DNA of 64,000 bases from Candidatus Bathyarchaeia archaeon (GCA_035529595.1 DATKWK010000017.1:116970-180969), one strand, 5' to 3'. Positions 28,815-39,155 are shown, counted from the first letter of the stretch. Program-made: numbers and translations. Notes: generated by a model not told the origin, from the letters alone.

Positions 28815-30308
28815 TTAGACTTTCTCTGTTACCCGATATTCCAGGTACTTTCCGAGCATTAATCGCGTTTGGGCATCAAGTCCCGGTAAGGCGGTAAAGA
28901 AAAAACCGGCTATCGGCATAAGAATAAACTCTAAAGGGATTAACCAGACTCGCCAGCGAGGAAATTCTTTGGGACGCGGTGGTCGTTGTTTGGCATCGAT
29001 AATTAAAATTATCACCATAAAAATTAGCGTAAAACTGAGTATGGTCGAGGAAAGTCTGGGTAGCGTGTAACCCATAATAGTTCTTGAAAAACGGCGGTTA
29101 AAGATCGATGGCAGCGTAATGCCTAAAGTAATAAAAAACCAGTTCACGGGCCATAGAAAGTGATCTTCGACAATTCTTACAACACGGATGGTTTTGTTCC
29201 AAAAAGAAACACCTGGCGTTAAGAAGTAATTCTTAATAATGTAAGGATCATCGGAAACTCCCCAAGCCCATCTTTTAAACTGTTCGTATTGGTTCTTGAA
29301 GGTTTTTAAAAAAGTGGTTGATTCGGCAGCGTCCACTTGTAGGGGGAGGAAAATCGGCTCGACTTCAACTTGGCCCTTAAATTTGTAAAAACACTTAAAA
29401 AAAATTCGGTAGTCTTCCGGAATGATATCAGGATCCCAATAACCGACCTGGTCAATCATTTTTAAAGAAGTGGAGTAATTTTGGAAATTAACTAATCGAT
29501 CAGTCCGCGTTAAAACGGCCATATTCCAAATCCCACCAATAGTATTGGCGACTCGGGAAAGAGCCGGTAACCGCCAGAAATTATTGTAGTATTGAATGGC
29601 CGGCTGCCAAAAGCGGCGATAGCGGTGAGGGTTATCTAAAAAGGCATAAGCCAGATAAGAAAAGTGCTTCGGGTGATATTTATGATCGGCGTCACAGCTA
29701 CTGATGGTTAGGTAATTAATATCCATGCCTCGCCTGTTGACCAACTCTTGTTTGGCCCAACGGGCGGCATAATTCTCGTTGGAGGCCTTCCCGATTATTT
29801 CTCCAGAAGCCAGTTTATGGACGGTGATAAAAAAATTGCCAAATTTTTTTCCACAGTCTTTTTCTAAAATTTTGGCGTTTTGTTGGCCTAGTTCAGCTCT
29901 TGCTTCAGTAGCAATAACCACGGTGATTTGTTTGAGGGGAAAGTCTTGCTCAGCCAAGGCTTTCAGATTTCGGCGGAGGATATGAAGCGGCTCATTGACG
30001 GTAACGATGATAATTAGGTGGTGAACTCTTCGCCAATCTTCAAAAAACTTGACTTCGCCCAGCCAGTCCATTTTTTTGGCAGCCTCAATTCTTAAATGAG
30101 CCAAAATTCCGGTAATTGCAATACTAACTGATTTGTAGAGCCAGAAAATGTCATATGCCAGAACTGTGTAAGCAACAGTAGTGGGAATAAGAAAACCGCC
30201 GATTAGTAAAAAAAGGATCATCGAATAAGCTACTACTCCCGGGAGAATTTCTAGAGCTCGATGAATTTTTCTGTCGTGGTCAACAATAAATTTTCTGATT
30301 TTACCCAT
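28815..30308 (-). CDS. processive family 2 glycosyltransferase (cellulose/chitin-synthase-like) with flanking transmembrane helices
   Basis: DAD plus the QFKRWAWG (QxxRW) motif, with transmembrane segments at the N- and C-termini. Confidence 0.6.
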   Translation of the reverse strand: MGKIRKFIVDHDRKIHRALEILPGVVAYSMILFLLIGGFLIPTTVAYTVLAYDIFWLYKSVSIAITGILAHLRIEAAKKMDWLGEVKFFEDWRRVHHLIIIVTVNEPLHILRRNLKALAEQDFPLKQITVVIATEARAELGQQNAKILEKDCGKKFGNFFITVHKLASGEIIGKASNENYAARWAKQELVNRRGMDINYLTISSCDADHKYHPKHFSYLAYAFLDNPHRYRRFWQPAIQYYNNFWRLPALSRVANTIGGIWNMAVLTRTDRLVNFQNYSTSLKMIDQVGYWDPDIIPEDYRIFFKCFYKFKGQVEVEPIFLPLQVDAAESTTFLKTFKNQYEQFKRWAWGVSDDPYIIKNYFLTPGVSFWNKTIRVVRIVEDHFLWPVNWFFITLGITLPSIFNRRFSRTIMGYTLPRLSSTILSFTLIFMVIILIIDAKQRPPRPKEFPRWRVWLIPLEFILMPIAGFFFTALPGLDAQTRLMLGKYLEYRVTEKV

Positions 30309-30503
30309 ATTTCTTCAGTAATTTCCTGACGGTATTCCATCAATAACGGTTTTTTTCTTTTAAACAGCCGTACCAAAATTCGGCTCCCCAGAGAATGGTT
30401 TTAAAACCGATACTGTTTAATTTATTAAAGTAATTTATTATATCATCAGGTTGACAAGACCGATTAGCTTTAGGGTTATAAATATTTACTAAATCATTAG
30501 TTT

Positions 30504-31313
30504 TTAAATATTGAAGAGATTTTGTGCATTCTGAGTTGTTTGACGAGCAACCTCTTTTAAAGGAATATTTTTAAGCCTGCTTAAATATTCGGCGATAATT
30601 TTGATATTTTTCGGTTCGTTTCTTTGGTTTCGGAATGGCACCGGAGAAAGAAAAGGACAATCAGTTTCCAGAATAATCTTATCAAAGGGGATTTGGCAGA
30701 AGATATTTTGCAAGCCTGGATCATAGGTCAAATTGCCATTGGTCCCAAAATAAAAACCCAGTTGGGTAACTTTACTGATTCTCTTCTTGCCGGCCGAATA
30801 GCAGTGAAAGACTCCCTGTAGTAAGTTTTCGGTTGTTGATTGAGGGTTATTAGTGAACGATTCAATAAGTTGGACCGTTTCCATAAATGCTTTTCGGGTA
30901 TGGATTATTAAAGGAAGCTTTAAATCTTGAGCGATTTTTATTTGTTGCTGGAAAAGAAATATTTGCTCTTTCCGGGTTCGGTCTTTTTCTCCGGGAGGCG
31001 CCGGAGAAAAATCCAGGCCGCACTCGCCCACGGCGACCACTTCTTGGTATGCGGCTAATTTTGCCAGCCGATCAGTTTGTTCTTTTAAAGGTTGGCTGTT
31101 TTCCGGATCGGTTTGTTGAGGGTGAATGCCTACCGCTGCATAAATAACACCTGGGTATTTCTTGGCCAAAGTAATTGCTTTTTCCGAATCATCAAGATTA
31201 CTACCGACACAGATTATTTTGGTTACCTTATTTTCCAATGACCGCTTAATAATCTGATCAATATCTTTAGCATATTCAGAAAAATTTAAATGTGCGTGAG
31301 TATCAACAAGCAT
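30504..31313 (-). CDS. tatD: TatD family metal-dependent hydrolase
   Basis: MLVDTHAHLNF..., VGECGLDF and HCYSAG motifs. Confidence 0.75.
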   Translation of the reverse strand: MLVDTHAHLNFSEYAKDIDQIIKRSLENKVTKIICVGSNLDDSEKAITLAKKYPGVIYAAVGIHPQQTDPENSQPLKEQTDRLAKLAAYQEVVAVGECGLDFSPAPPGEKDRTRKEQIFLFQQQIKIAQDLKLPLIIHTRKAFMETVQLIESFTNNPQSTTENLLQGVFHCYSAGKKRISKVTQLGFYFGTNGNLTYDPGLQNIFCQIPFDKIILETDCPFLSPVPFRNQRNEPKNIKIIAEYLSRLKNIPLKEVARQTTQNAQNLFNI

Positions 31314-31322
31314 AAATTTAAA

Positions 31323-32864
31323 CTATTTAATCCGGGGGAATAATGGTTTTTTGAATGTAATTTTTGTTCCCGGTTTAAGATTTGTCCAGCTGTCTTTATT
31401 AAGAGGATTTACAGCCAGTAGTTTATTAATTCCTAGTCTATCGGCAATTTCCAGGGATGTTTCTGGCAGAAATGGATAAATCTGCCAGGCAACTTGATGA
31501 AGACTGTCCAAAAGACCATAAATAACCCAGTTAAACTTCTTTTTGTCTTTTTTAGCCAGTTCCCAAGGTCTGTTTTCATCAATATATCTGTCTGCTTCGC
31601 TGATAAATTTCCAGATTGACTCCAACGCCTCGTTGAATCGGTATTGGGGCAAGAGTTTATCAATATCCTGCCAAGATTTTTTCCAATTATAGATTTTTTG
31701 GTTGGCCCTTAATGGATGAGAGTCGGGGTTTAGATCTATTTGAGGGACTTGGTGGCCACAGTTTTTCTCGACTAGAGCAAGAACCCGAGCTAGCAAGTTA
31801 CCTAACCCGTTAGCCAGATCGGCATTATAGAGTTGTTCAAAGCGCGAATAAGAAAAGTCGCCATCATGATAAGGCGGAATTTCTCTTAAAAGGTAGTAGC
31901 GGACGGCATCAGTCCCATATTTTTCAACCACTTCGAAGGGCGATATCACATTACCTAGAGATTTACTCATCTTTTGTCCCTCCACAGTGATGTATCCATG
32001 AACAAAGATTTCCTTGGGAATAGGCAAGTGAGCGCTTTGAAGCATCGCCGGCCAATAAATCGAATGAAACCGATTGACTCCTTTGCCAATGACGTGAAGA
32101 TCAGCCGGCCAGTATTTTCTAAATAGGGGTCCATTGTCGGCATAATCAAGGGCGGTGATATAGTTAGAGAGGGCATCAACCCAAACATACATTACTTGAG
32201 CCGGATCACCGGGAACCGGAACCCCCCAGCCTTTAGTTCTTTTGCTTGGTCGGGAGATACTGAAATCTTTAAGGCCCCTTTCTATAAAAGCCAGTGTTTC
32301 ATTTTTGCGGATACCAGGAACAATTTCAAGTTCATCTCTTTCAATTAAACTTTTAAGCCATTTTTCGTATCGGGACAATCGGAAGAAATAGTTTCCCTCT
32401 TCAATGATTTCCAGTTTGTCTTTGGGGTGTTCAGGACAGAAACCACCGACTAGGTCCTCGGGCTCATAGAATGCTTCGCAGCCCACGCAGTAAAGCCCAC
32501 GGTATTTTTTTTTATAGACATCGCTTTTTTTGAAATTTCTCCAAAGTTTTTGAGCGCCGGCAAAATGCCGTTTTTCAGTTGTTCGAATGAAATCATTAAA
32601 AGATAGATTAAGAAGCTTTTTTAGTTTATAGAAAAGTTGAGCGTTTTGGTCAACAAAAGTAGTAACAGGGACGCCGGCTTTTTCTGCTGCCTGGACGTTT
32701 TTTTGAGCATTTTCGTCCGTTCCCGTGAGAAAGAAGACATCTTCTCCCATTAGCCTATGATAGCGGGCGATGGCATCGGTTTCGACAACTTCCTGAGCAA
32801 AACCAATATGCGGAGCGGCATTAACGTAGGGAATGGCCGTTGTAACATAAAATTTTTTGTCCAT
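31323..32864 (-). CDS. metG: methionyl-tRNA synthetase
   Basis: HIGF(A) and KMSKS class I signatures. MetRS-like overall. Confidence 0.9.
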   Translation of the reverse strand: MDKKFYVTTAIPYVNAAPHIGFAQEVVETDAIARYHRLMGEDVFFLTGTDENAQKNVQAAEKAGVPVTTFVDQNAQLFYKLKKLLNLSFNDFIRTTEKRHFAGAQKLWRNFKKSDVYKKKYRGLYCVGCEAFYEPEDLVGGFCPEHPKDKLEIIEEGNYFFRLSRYEKWLKSLIERDELEIVPGIRKNETLAFIERGLKDFSISRPSKRTKGWGVPVPGDPAQVMYVWVDALSNYITALDYADNGPLFRKYWPADLHVIGKGVNRFHSIYWPAMLQSAHLPIPKEIFVHGYITVEGQKMSKSLGNVISPFEVVEKYGTDAVRYYLLREIPPYHDGDFSYSRFEQLYNADLANGLGNLLARVLALVEKNCGHQVPQIDLNPDSHPLRANQKIYNWKKSWQDIDKLLPQYRFNEALESIWKFISEADRYIDENRPWELAKKDKKKFNWVIYGLLDSLHQVAWQIYPFLPETSLEIADRLGINKLLAVNPLNKDSWTNLKPGTKITFKKPLFPRIK

Positions 32865-32878
32865 AAGACTATTTTAAA

Positions 32879-32904
32879 CGAAAAAACCTCCTTTTTAAAG
32901 GAGG
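32879..32904 (-). terminator. intrinsic terminator (cctcctttaaaaaggagg + T-run) between the yerC-like gene and metG
   Basis: Near-perfect palindrome followed by TTTTTT on the minus strand, ~15 nt upstream of the metG start. Confidence 0.4.
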
Positions 32905-33025
32905 CTGGCTTTTCTAATTTCTGATTTTTTAATCTGACTACTAGCCTCCTCGCCTTCTAGATAGGCATCATGATTCTTGTCAATACGGAGGTTAGAGATT
33001 TTACCATTGGTGCCATTTTAGCAAA

Positions 33026-33388
33026 TTATGCCTTAATTGACAACATTTTTTTTATCTTCCTTGTCCAGCGGTCAGCCCACTCGTCAGCTTCAATTTTTTT
33101 TAAACCGATTTTGAAACCTCTTCCTTTTTTAATTTGGTCAGCGACCACCGAAATTGTCGCGCTGGAGATCTTCAGGGTATCTTTAATTTCCCGGTAATTT
33201 TTGCCTTTATTTAATAGGTAAGCTGTTCCAAGGCGCTTAGTTACTACCGAAATTTCTGTTTCAGTAAGGAGGTCTTTTAGAAAAACTTCGACTTCTTGGG
33301 GATTCTTGATATCGGCTATAGTTTGATAAAAAAGCTCGCCGATCTTTTTTTCTAATTTCTTGTTAATTTTCTTTTTGGAAACTTGCAT
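33026..33388 (-). CDS. TrpR-like DNA-binding protein (YerC/YecD family)
   Basis: EISVVTKRLGTAYLLNKGKNYREIKDTLKISSATISVV helix-turn-helix region typical of YerC/YecD. Confidence 0.5.
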   Translation of the reverse strand: MQVSKKKINKKLEKKIGELFYQTIADIKNPQEVEVFLKDLLTETEISVVTKRLGTAYLLNKGKNYREIKDTLKISSATISVVADQIKKGRGFKIGLKKIEADEWADRWTRKIKKMLSIKA

Positions 33389-33492
33389 AATAAAAACCCA
33401 TTCTAAATCAGAATGGGCAGGTAATCAAAATTTAATTAATTAAAGCATATCTTGCTTGGGATGTCAATTAAGTTTTTAAAGAAGAGAAGAAA

Positions 33493-33813
33493 TTAGCGGC
33501 GGGAAAAGTAAATTTCTATACTGAAAAAAGAAGCGGTTAGAAAAATCAGACTAAGAACACTGGTCAGTTTAAACTGTCTGAGGAGTAAGAAAATAATCGT
33601 GAATACCGAAATCAGCAGCCCTCGTCGGCTATTGCCAAGAAGAAGTGCGAGAGTTAAGAAATTAGCTAGAAAGAAAGAAATGTAAAAGATTAAAAAGGCA
33701 AGGAAACCACTGGGCGCGACTTTTAAAAAAACCAGTAACCATGCCGTCCAGGATAGTAGGGTGATCAATAAAGCCGGCAAAAAATTCTTTCTCTTTCTGG
33801 TGCTCTTTTTCAT
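33493..33813 (-). CDS. small hypothetical membrane protein
   Basis: Three transmembrane helices. Confidence 0.3.
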   Translation of the reverse strand: MKKSTRKRKNFLPALLITLLSWTAWLLVFLKVAPSGFLAFLIFYISFFLANFLTLALLLGNSRRGLLISVFTIIFLLLRQFKLTSVLSLIFLTASFFSIEIYFSRR

Positions 33814-33861
33814 CTGATCCTAAAATTAGTAGTGTTATAATTAATAATAGCAGATTCCAAC

Positions 33862-34926
33862 TTGGATTTAATGTTAAACGAAATATATATACTAATTGTT
33901 GCCTTCTTGGTTATTTTAGCCCTGGTACTTTGGTTTATTAATTGGCGATTGAAGCAGATTAATAAAGAGGGCCAGGTCGATGAAAAGCTTTTAAGGGTAA
34001 TCGAAACCCTGCAGAAAGGGACTTCTGATCTGCAAAAAGGCCTTCAAGACCAGAGTCGACACATTTCCGACACCCTCCAGAGCTCAACCAAAACCTTAAA
34101 TGAGAGATTAGATAACGCCGCTCGCTATATTTCTCAGGTGGCTAAAGAAGTCGGGCAAATGAGCGAAATTGGCCGGTCAATGAAGGATTTGCAGGAATTT
34201 TTAAAAAGTCCAAAATTAAGAGGTAATATCGGGGAAGAAGTCTTAAAAGATTTGATCAGCCAAATGTTTCCCAAAAATAGTTTTTACTTGCAATATGGCT
34301 TTAAAAGCGGAGAGAAAGTCGATGCGGCTTTAAGAACCGAGGCCGGTCTGTTGCCGATTGACTCGAAATTTCCGATGGAGAACTTCCAAAGAATGGTCAA
34401 GGCACAAACTGAAGAAGAAAGAAACAAAATCAGAAAAACCTTTATCGCTGACGTCAAAAAACATCTTAAAAATGTTGCCGGTAAATATATACTTCCGGGA
34501 GAAGGAACCATGGATTTTGCCTTAATGTATATCCCTTCGGAGTCAGTTTATTATGAAATTGTCAACCTGCCTGAACTGACTGAATTTGCCCGGCAATTGC
34601 GGGTTTATCCGGTTTCACCGACAACTCTTTATGCCTCATTACGGATGATTCTTTTATCTTTTGAAGGGAAGAAGATTGAGGTTCGCTCGCGGCAAGTCTT
34701 CCAGCTTCTCAGAGCAATCCAAAGAGACTACCAGAAGACCGAGGGCGTCTTGTCTGTTTTGGGTAAGCATATCAGTAATACCTACAACCAAATGGCTAAG
34801 GTAACGCAAGCCTTTTCGCTGTTAGGTCAAAAACTTACCTCTACTCAAACCCTGGAAGCAGGAGAGGAAAAAACGGATGAAACCGGCGATATTAAACAAG
34901 ATTCTAGCCTCCACCAGCAGGCATAA
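33862..34926 (+). CDS. rmuC: DNA recombination protein RmuC
   Basis: N-terminal transmembrane segment, coiled coil, and an LPIDSKFPMENF block typical of RmuC. Confidence 0.6.
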   Translation: MDLMLNEIYILIVAFLVILALVLWFINWRLKQINKEGQVDEKLLRVIETLQKGTSDLQKGLQDQSRHISDTLQSSTKTLNERLDNAARYISQVAKEVGQMSEIGRSMKDLQEFLKSPKLRGNIGEEVLKDLISQMFPKNSFYLQYGFKSGEKVDAALRTEAGLLPIDSKFPMENFQRMVKAQTEEERNKIRKTFIADVKKHLKNVAGKYILPGEGTMDFALMYIPSESVYYEIVNLPELTEFARQLRVYPVSPTTLYASLRMILLSFEGKKIEVRSRQVFQLLRAIQRDYQKTEGVLSVLGKHISNTYNQMAKVTQAFSLLGQKLTSTQTLEAGEEKTDETGDIKQDSSLHQQA

Positions 34927-34953
34927 TTTTTCAACCTCCAGTTTGATGGTAAA

Positions 34954-37890
34954 ATGATTTCGATGTTAAGTCAAGATAAAAAAACTTTAAATCGGGAACA
35001 AAAAGATGCGGTGCGCTATGGCAGGGGTCCGCTCCTGGTTATCGCCGGTGCCGGAACCGGCAAAACCACTGTTATTGTCGAAAGAATCAGGTATTTGATC
35101 ACTAAGAGAAATATCAAGCCTGCAGAAATTTTGGCGCTGACTTTTACTGATAAAGCTGCTCGGGAAATGGAAGAAAGGGTTGATCAAGTGCTTCCCTACG
35201 GTTATGTTGACATGTGGATTTCTACCTTTCATGCCTTTTGCGACCGAATTTTAAGAGATGAGTCAATCCATATTGGCTTGGATCCGGGTTACAAACTGAT
35301 GGGTCAAGCAGAGGCGATTCAGTTTTTGATTAAAAACCTTTTTAAGCTGGATCTTGATTATTTTCGGCCACTGGGTAATCCGACTAAATTTATCCACGGT
35401 TTAATTGGCCACTTTTCCCGATTGAAAGATGAAGACGTATCGCCCAGTGAATACCTTCGCTGGGCTCAAGCTCAAAACTCAAAAATCAAAACTCAAAATT
35501 CTACAGAAAAAAAACAGGAAGCGGAAAAGTACTTAGAGCTGGCAAAAGCTTACCAAAAATATGAAGAATTTAAAATTAAAGAGGGTTTAATGGATTTTGG
35601 CGATTTGATTACCAATGTTTTGAGATTGTTCCGGAATCGGAAGAATGTTTTAACTCAGTACCAGAAGAAGTTTAAATATATTCTGGTGGATGAATTCCAG
35701 GACACTAATATTGCCCAAAATGAATTAGTGATGCTTTTAGCTGGCCAAAAAGCCAATTTAACAGTTGTCGCTGACGATGATCAATCAATTTACAAGTGGC
35801 GCGGCGCTGCCGTCTCTAATGTTTTACAGCTTAGAAAAAATTATCCCCAGATGAAGGTAATTACTTTGACGTGTAATTACCGTTCGACACAGAAAATTCT
35901 TAATCATGCTTACCGGTTAATTCAATATAATAATCCTGATCGATTGGAGGTTAAAGAAAAAATTAATAAACATCTTGAAGCTATCCGGCAGGAAAAAGGT
36001 AATCCGGTCGAGCTTATCTTTACCAACCGGGTTGAGGAAGAAGCTGATAGGGTGGCAGAAACAATAAAAAGTTTAAAGCTGAAAAATGAGAGCTATTCCT
36101 GGCAGGATTTTGCGATTTTAGTTCGGGCTAATAATCACGCCGAGCCGTTTATCCGGGCTTTGGTCCGGTTGGGGATTCCTTATCAGTTTTTGGGTCCGGG
36201 GCAACTTTTTCGATGCGAGGAGGTAAAAGATTTAATTGCTTATTTGAAACTGCTTTATAACTTTGAAGATAATGTCGCTGCTTATCGGCTGCTGTCGATG
36301 GCTGTTTTTAATCTTTCCGCCCGAGATTTGGCGGCAATTGTTAATTTTAGCCGCAAGATGAATTTGTCTTTGTTTGAAGCCTGCGAAAAGATAGAAGAAA
36401 TTCTTGTTTCTGCTGAAACTAAAGACAAAATAAGAAATTTTGTCGGGATGGTTTATCGCCACTTAAAGTTGGTCAGTAAAAAAACGGCCGGTCAAATTGC
36501 CTATTATTTCTTGGAAGACAGCGGCCTCTTAAAAAGGTTATCCGATTATAAGACGGTCGAGGAAGAGAATAAGGCACAGAATATAGCCAAGTTTTTTGAC
36601 CGCTTGAAAACTTATGAATCTGACCATGAAGATGCTTCGATTCAAGCAGTCGTTGACTGGATAAATTTATCTTTGGAGTTGGGTGAGTCGCCGCTTGCCA
36701 ATAACTTCGACTGGAGCCAAGAGGACCGGGTAAATCTCTTAACGGTTCACTCAAGTAAAGGCTTAGAATTTCCGGTTGTTTTCCTGGTCAACCTAGTCTC
36801 AGCCCGATTTCCGACTTATAAGCGGCAGGAACAAATTCCCTTACCGGAAGAATTGATCAAAGAGACGTTGCCTGAGGGCGATTATCATCTTCAGGAAGAG
36901 CGTCGGCTTTTCTATGTCGGGATGACCCGGGCTAAAGATTATTTATTTCTGGCGGCGGCTAAATACTACGGCGAGGGAAAGAGAGAAAAAAAAGTCTCTC
37001 CTTTCGTCTTTGAATCACTGGGTGAGGATGTGGCGCAGAAGATAATCAGTCAAAGAACCCCGATTGAGGACTTGCGGCAATTAAGTATTCTTGATTTCGC
37101 CCCTCAATCTGAACTTAAGCAACAACTTGATAGCCGATCCGGCAGACAAGAAATAACTTATTTGTCATTTTCGCAAATTGAGACTTTTGACACTTGCCCT
37201 TTGCAATACCGCTACCGCTATATTCAGCGGATTCCGATTCCATCTTCGGGAGCACAAAGTTTCGGTAACAGTATCCATAACACCTTACGAAAGTTTTATC
37301 AAAAGATCAAAGAGGGTCAAAAACCTTCTCCAAAAAAGTTGATTAGTTTGCTGGATAAGAATTGGTCTTCGGTTGGATATCTGAGTAAAGCTCATGAGAG
37401 ACGAATGAAAAATCACGGGAAGCGGCTGCTGGCTGATTTTTACCAGAAGGGTTTTAATCCCCAAGATAAAATTAAAGACTTGGAGCGGTTGTTTAAGATT
37501 AAACTCGTGTCCGATTTTAGCGTCGGGGGAAAGATTGACCGGATTGATGAAGTGACCGGCGGCATTGAGATATACGATTATAAAACCGGTAAGGTTTGGG
37601 ATCAGCAGAAAGTTGATGCCTCCTTACAAATGACTCTTTATACGCTGGCAGTCGTCAGTCATCAATCAAGTCTTTTTGCCAATATAGAACCTGAAAATAT
37701 AACTTTGTCATTTTATTTTTTGGAGACCGGCGAGAAAAAAACCACCCGTCGGAATAGAGAAAGTCTCCAAAAAGCACGGAAGGAAATACTGGCGAAAAGG
37801 AAAGAGATCGGGTCATCTGATTTTCCTCCTACTCCCGGATTATGGTGTGATTTTTGCGATTTTAAACTGATCTGTGAAGCCTGGAGTTAG
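34954..37890 (+). CDS. UvrD-like SF1 helicase fused to a C-terminal PD-(D/E)xK (Cas4/AddB-like, 4-Cys) nuclease
   Basis: Walker A AGAGTGKTT and UvrD motifs. The C-terminus has DTCPLQYRY, an IDRIDE...YDYKTG block and CDFCDFKLIC, giving four Cys as in Fe-S RecB-family nucleases. Confidence 0.65.
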   Translation: MISMLSQDKKTLNREQKDAVRYGRGPLLVIAGAGTGKTTVIVERIRYLITKRNIKPAEILALTFTDKAAREMEERVDQVLPYGYVDMWISTFHAFCDRILRDESIHIGLDPGYKLMGQAEAIQFLIKNLFKLDLDYFRPLGNPTKFIHGLIGHFSRLKDEDVSPSEYLRWAQAQNSKIKTQNSTEKKQEAEKYLELAKAYQKYEEFKIKEGLMDFGDLITNVLRLFRNRKNVLTQYQKKFKYILVDEFQDTNIAQNELVMLLAGQKANLTVVADDDQSIYKWRGAAVSNVLQLRKNYPQMKVITLTCNYRSTQKILNHAYRLIQYNNPDRLEVKEKINKHLEAIRQEKGNPVELIFTNRVEEEADRVAETIKSLKLKNESYSWQDFAILVRANNHAEPFIRALVRLGIPYQFLGPGQLFRCEEVKDLIAYLKLLYNFEDNVAAYRLLSMAVFNLSARDLAAIVNFSRKMNLSLFEACEKIEEILVSAETKDKIRNFVGMVYRHLKLVSKKTAGQIAYYFLEDSGLLKRLSDYKTVEEENKAQNIAKFFDRLKTYESDHEDASIQAVVDWINLSLELGESPLANNFDWSQEDRVNLLTVHSSKGLEFPVVFLVNLVSARFPTYKRQEQIPLPEELIKETLPEGDYHLQEERRLFYVGMTRAKDYLFLAAAKYYGEGKREKKVSPFVFESLGEDVAQKIISQRTPIEDLRQLSILDFAPQSELKQQLDSRSGRQEITYLSFSQIETFDTCPLQYRYRYIQRIPIPSSGAQSFGNSIHNTLRKFYQKIKEGQKPSPKKLISLLDKNWSSVGYLSKAHERRMKNHGKRLLADFYQKGFNPQDKIKDLERLFKIKLVSDFSVGGKIDRIDEVTGGIEIYDYKTGKVWDQQKVDASLQMTLYTLAVVSHQSSLFANIEPENITLSFYFLETGEKKTTRRNRESLQKARKEILAKRKEIGSSDFPPTPGLWCDFCDFKLICEAWS

Positions 37891-37916
37891 TCAAGGGATT
37901 CAGGTCTAATCTGAAT

Positions 37917-38306
37917 ATGCTGAAAATTTCTAGAAGATTAAATAAAAAAGCCCTGATTCTTTCTTTGATTCTGGATGGATTTTTGATATTATTTGCCAGC
38001 CAGTGTCTTTCTCTCGGTTTCGTCTTAGACTGTTACGGTCCGGGCTGCAATCGCCAATGGTGCGATCATTGGGCCTTCCTACTCTTTGATTTCTATCTGG
38101 TCATTTACATATTATTAACTGTCATGTTTATAGAATTACCGGGTGGTGAATTGCTTGGTCTGCTGGTTTGTTTGGTGATAATTCTCCCAGCCAACTACTT
38201 AGTTTCCCTTTTAATTATCAAATTAGTAAATCTTACTTTTAGTAGATTTAGGTTGTTATTGGCCAAACGGGGTGACAAATTACGAAAATTACTGCCCAAA
38301 AAGTAA
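37917..38306 (+). CDS. hypothetical membrane protein
   Basis: Hydrophobic. No motif. Confidence 0.25.
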   Translation: MLKISRRLNKKALILSLILDGFLILFASQCLSLGFVLDCYGPGCNRQWCDHWAFLLFDFYLVIYILLTVMFIELPGGELLGLLVCLVIILPANYLVSLLIIKLVNLTFSRFRLLLAKRGDKLRKLLPKK

Positions 38307-39155
38307 GTTTTTCCTATAACATCCCGGGTAACCGATTTCTTTACCGCCGAAAGATTTTTTAAAGTGGGAGAATCCAAGCCAGGACTTTTGGGGAAATCGT
38401 AGATCAAAGATACCTTCAAAGTCAAAATTCCGGCAGCCTTTATTTTTGGCGATTTTAATTGCTTCCCAAACCAGACCGTATTGGGCCAGGAGCCGGCGGC
38501 CTTTTTTGGAAGTAAAAGCATAAAAATAATAAGCGGTTTGGCCGGCCAGAAGAATAATCGTTCCGGCAATGATATTCGATTGTTTGTTTTGATAAGCAGC
38601 CAAGAAGATTGCCTTTTCCGAAAAGGAAGATTTCAGAGATCCGATGGTTTTAAAAGCAGGAATAATCAGCTGCCAGCCGGCGGCTTTTTTCCAGGAGCGG
38701 TAAAAACTTAATATTTCATCATCTTGACTGCAAATTAAGGTTTTAAGATCAGGTTTTTGCCGGAGTTTTTTTAAGACTAACCGGGTATCCTTTTTCAACT
38801 GACGAGTAAGTTTATAGTCACTTTGGTTTAGATCAAGAACAACTGTTTTAGTCGGTAAAAAAGGTGATTTGGAAATTTTATAACCGTATTTTTTATAGAG
38901 ACTGGTTTCTGGTTCTTGGTCAAGATCAGGTTCGATATAGGCAAAAAGCGCTCGGTATTTACGGCTGATTTTTCCGATTGTTTCAGGAGAAGGTAAATGT
39001 TTCGGCCGTTGAAGCTTCAGGATGGAAAAAGGGGTGAGGGGGATCTTGCGGATAAATACCTGGACTCCTTCTGTCTTTTCCACCTGCCAGCCGATTTTTT
39101 CTAAATAAACAGCGTAGTTTGGGGATTGTCTTAGGTCAAGGGGGTTGGAAATCAT
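38289..39155 (-). CDS. FemAB family peptidyltransferase (FemX-like)
   Basis: Shared blocks with the ORF at 42921: KNKGCRNFDFEGI / KRNGCKSFDLWGS and FKKSFGGK / FKTGFGGQ. Length and pattern fit FemAB. Confidence 0.5.
   Translation of the reverse strand: MISNPLDLRQSPNYAVYLEKIGWQVEKTEGVQVFIRKIPLTPFSILKLQRPKHLPSPETIGKISRKYRALFAYIEPDLDQEPETSLYKKYGYKISKSPFLPTKTVVLDLNQSDYKLTRQLKKDTRLVLKKLRQKPDLKTLICSQDDEILSFYRSWKKAAGWQLIIPAFKTIGSLKSSFSEKAIFLAAYQNKQSNIIAGTIILLAGQTAYYFYAFTSKKGRRLLAQYGLVWEAIKIAKNKGCRNFDFEGIFDLRFPQKSWLGFSHFKKSFGGKEIGYPGCYRKNLLFGQ

Noticed and set aside
32865-33025. T-box leader upstream of metG
   Set aside because: No specifier-loop or T-box consensus (AATTAGGGTGGNACCGCG) is visible. 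The hairpin plus T-run is better explained as the terminator of the upstream yerC-like gene.
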